Shown here one piece after another: positions 36,394-36,759 of a stretch of DNA of 36,759 nt. Made by a program: the position numbers and the translations under genes. The stretch comes from Candidatus Parabeggiatoa sp. HSG14. GTDB taxonomy: Bacteria; Pseudomonadota; Gammaproteobacteria; Beggiatoales; Beggiatoaceae. The notes beneath the pieces were generated by a model. It saw nothing but the letters and a program-made list of their open reading frames with translations, did no database searches and was not told where the DNA came from. The stretch's first letter is position 1. Every line of letters begins with the position of its first letter. The DNA lies in the NCBI RefSeq assembly GCF_030378085.1, contig NZ_JAUCGK010000008.1; one strand, given 5' to 3'.

Positions 36394-36560
36394 AACTCGA
36401 CTATCAAGTTTTTATTGTGACAGTGAAATCCAAAAGTGAGACGCGAGCATCGGAAACGCGAGCATCGCGTCTCTACATATTATTGAATTTGGTAGAGACG
36501 CAATGCTTGCGTCTCTTGCTTTGCAATGCTTGCGTCTTCTTTAATAACTGATGTTACGCA
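36394..36560. mobile_element. MITE-like element A, copy 2 (left TIR and core; the right end is replaced by the 'ttaataactgatgttacgca' motif)
   Basis: 'aactcgactatcaagtttttattgtgacagtgaaatccaa' and the core match copy 1 at about 90% identity. It ends with 'ttaataactgatgttacgca' (36541-36560) rather than the right TIR. Confidence 0.7.
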
Positions 36561-36604
36561 CTGTACTTCAAAAGTGAATACCAGAGTAGTGCAAAATGAA
36601 ATTT

Positions 36605-36742
36605 TGCTGATTGTAACAGATTTTGGGGATACCCCCCCTAACCCCCCGTACACGGGTGGAACCAAACATCATTTGACACTTTGCTTTAATTTTTCTATTT
36701 TGGGACTTCCCCCTGTGTACGGGGGGTTAGGGGGGTGTCCTC
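36605..36742. mobile_element. MITE-like element B, copy 2 (core inverted relative to copy 1; right arm degenerate, close to the window edge)
   Basis: The sequence 'tgctgattgtaacagattttggggataccccccctaaccccccgtacac' is followed by the reverse complement of the copy-1 core and then 'gtgtacggggggttaggggggtgtcc'. Confidence 0.75.
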
Positions 36743-36759
36743 AATTTTGCACTCCAGTT

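Noticed and set aside
1-36759. HIP1 (GCGATCGC) enrichment as a cyanobacterial signature
   Set aside because: I found no obvious GCGATCGC copies by eye, so I did not use it. Its absence does not settle the taxonomy.

Overview
This 36.8 kb window is low-GC (about 35%), has unusually long intergenic regions, and carries at least eight families of short intergenic repeats and MITE-like elements. I call 21 probable protein-coding genes, 18 on the + strand. Gene content looks cyanobacterium-like (Uma2 endonuclease, Rpn/DUF4351 nuclease, pentapeptide repeats, GluR0-type channel, FGE-domain fusion, plant-type LRRs). That would fit either a filamentous cyanobacterium or a repeat-rich sulfur bacterium that has acquired cyanobacterial genes; I cannot decide between these from sequence alone.

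Recognisable genes, in order:
- a J-domain membrane protein
- a GluR0-type ligand-gated K+ channel overlapping a pentapeptide-repeat K+ channel
- a solitary Type IIG restriction-modification enzyme (PD-ExK nuclease plus NPPW methyltransferase)
- lnt
- a co-directional block of three large ORFans, interrupted by an Uma2 endonuclease gene and followed by an MntA/HepT toxin-antitoxin pair
- two divergent ORFans separated by a 500 bp intergenic region holding two MITEs
- an HNH endonuclease with a small partner
- a 1080-aa membrane protein with about 1.7 kb of tandem coiled-coil repeats and a C-terminal FGE-sulfatase domain
- a 922-aa secreted protein made of three plant-type LRR modules
- an Rpn-family nuclease
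- ung
- a full-length major vault protein (MVP) homologue on the minus strand, very similar to animal MVP
- an OmpR-family response regulator

The most striking observations are the bacterial vault-shell gene, the uncharacterised ORFan cluster sitting in a nuclease/TA-rich context, and the repeat landscape (including dispersed CRISPR-repeat-like hairpins). All domain calls come from motifs recognised by eye. No database search was run, so product names are hypotheses at the stated confidence.
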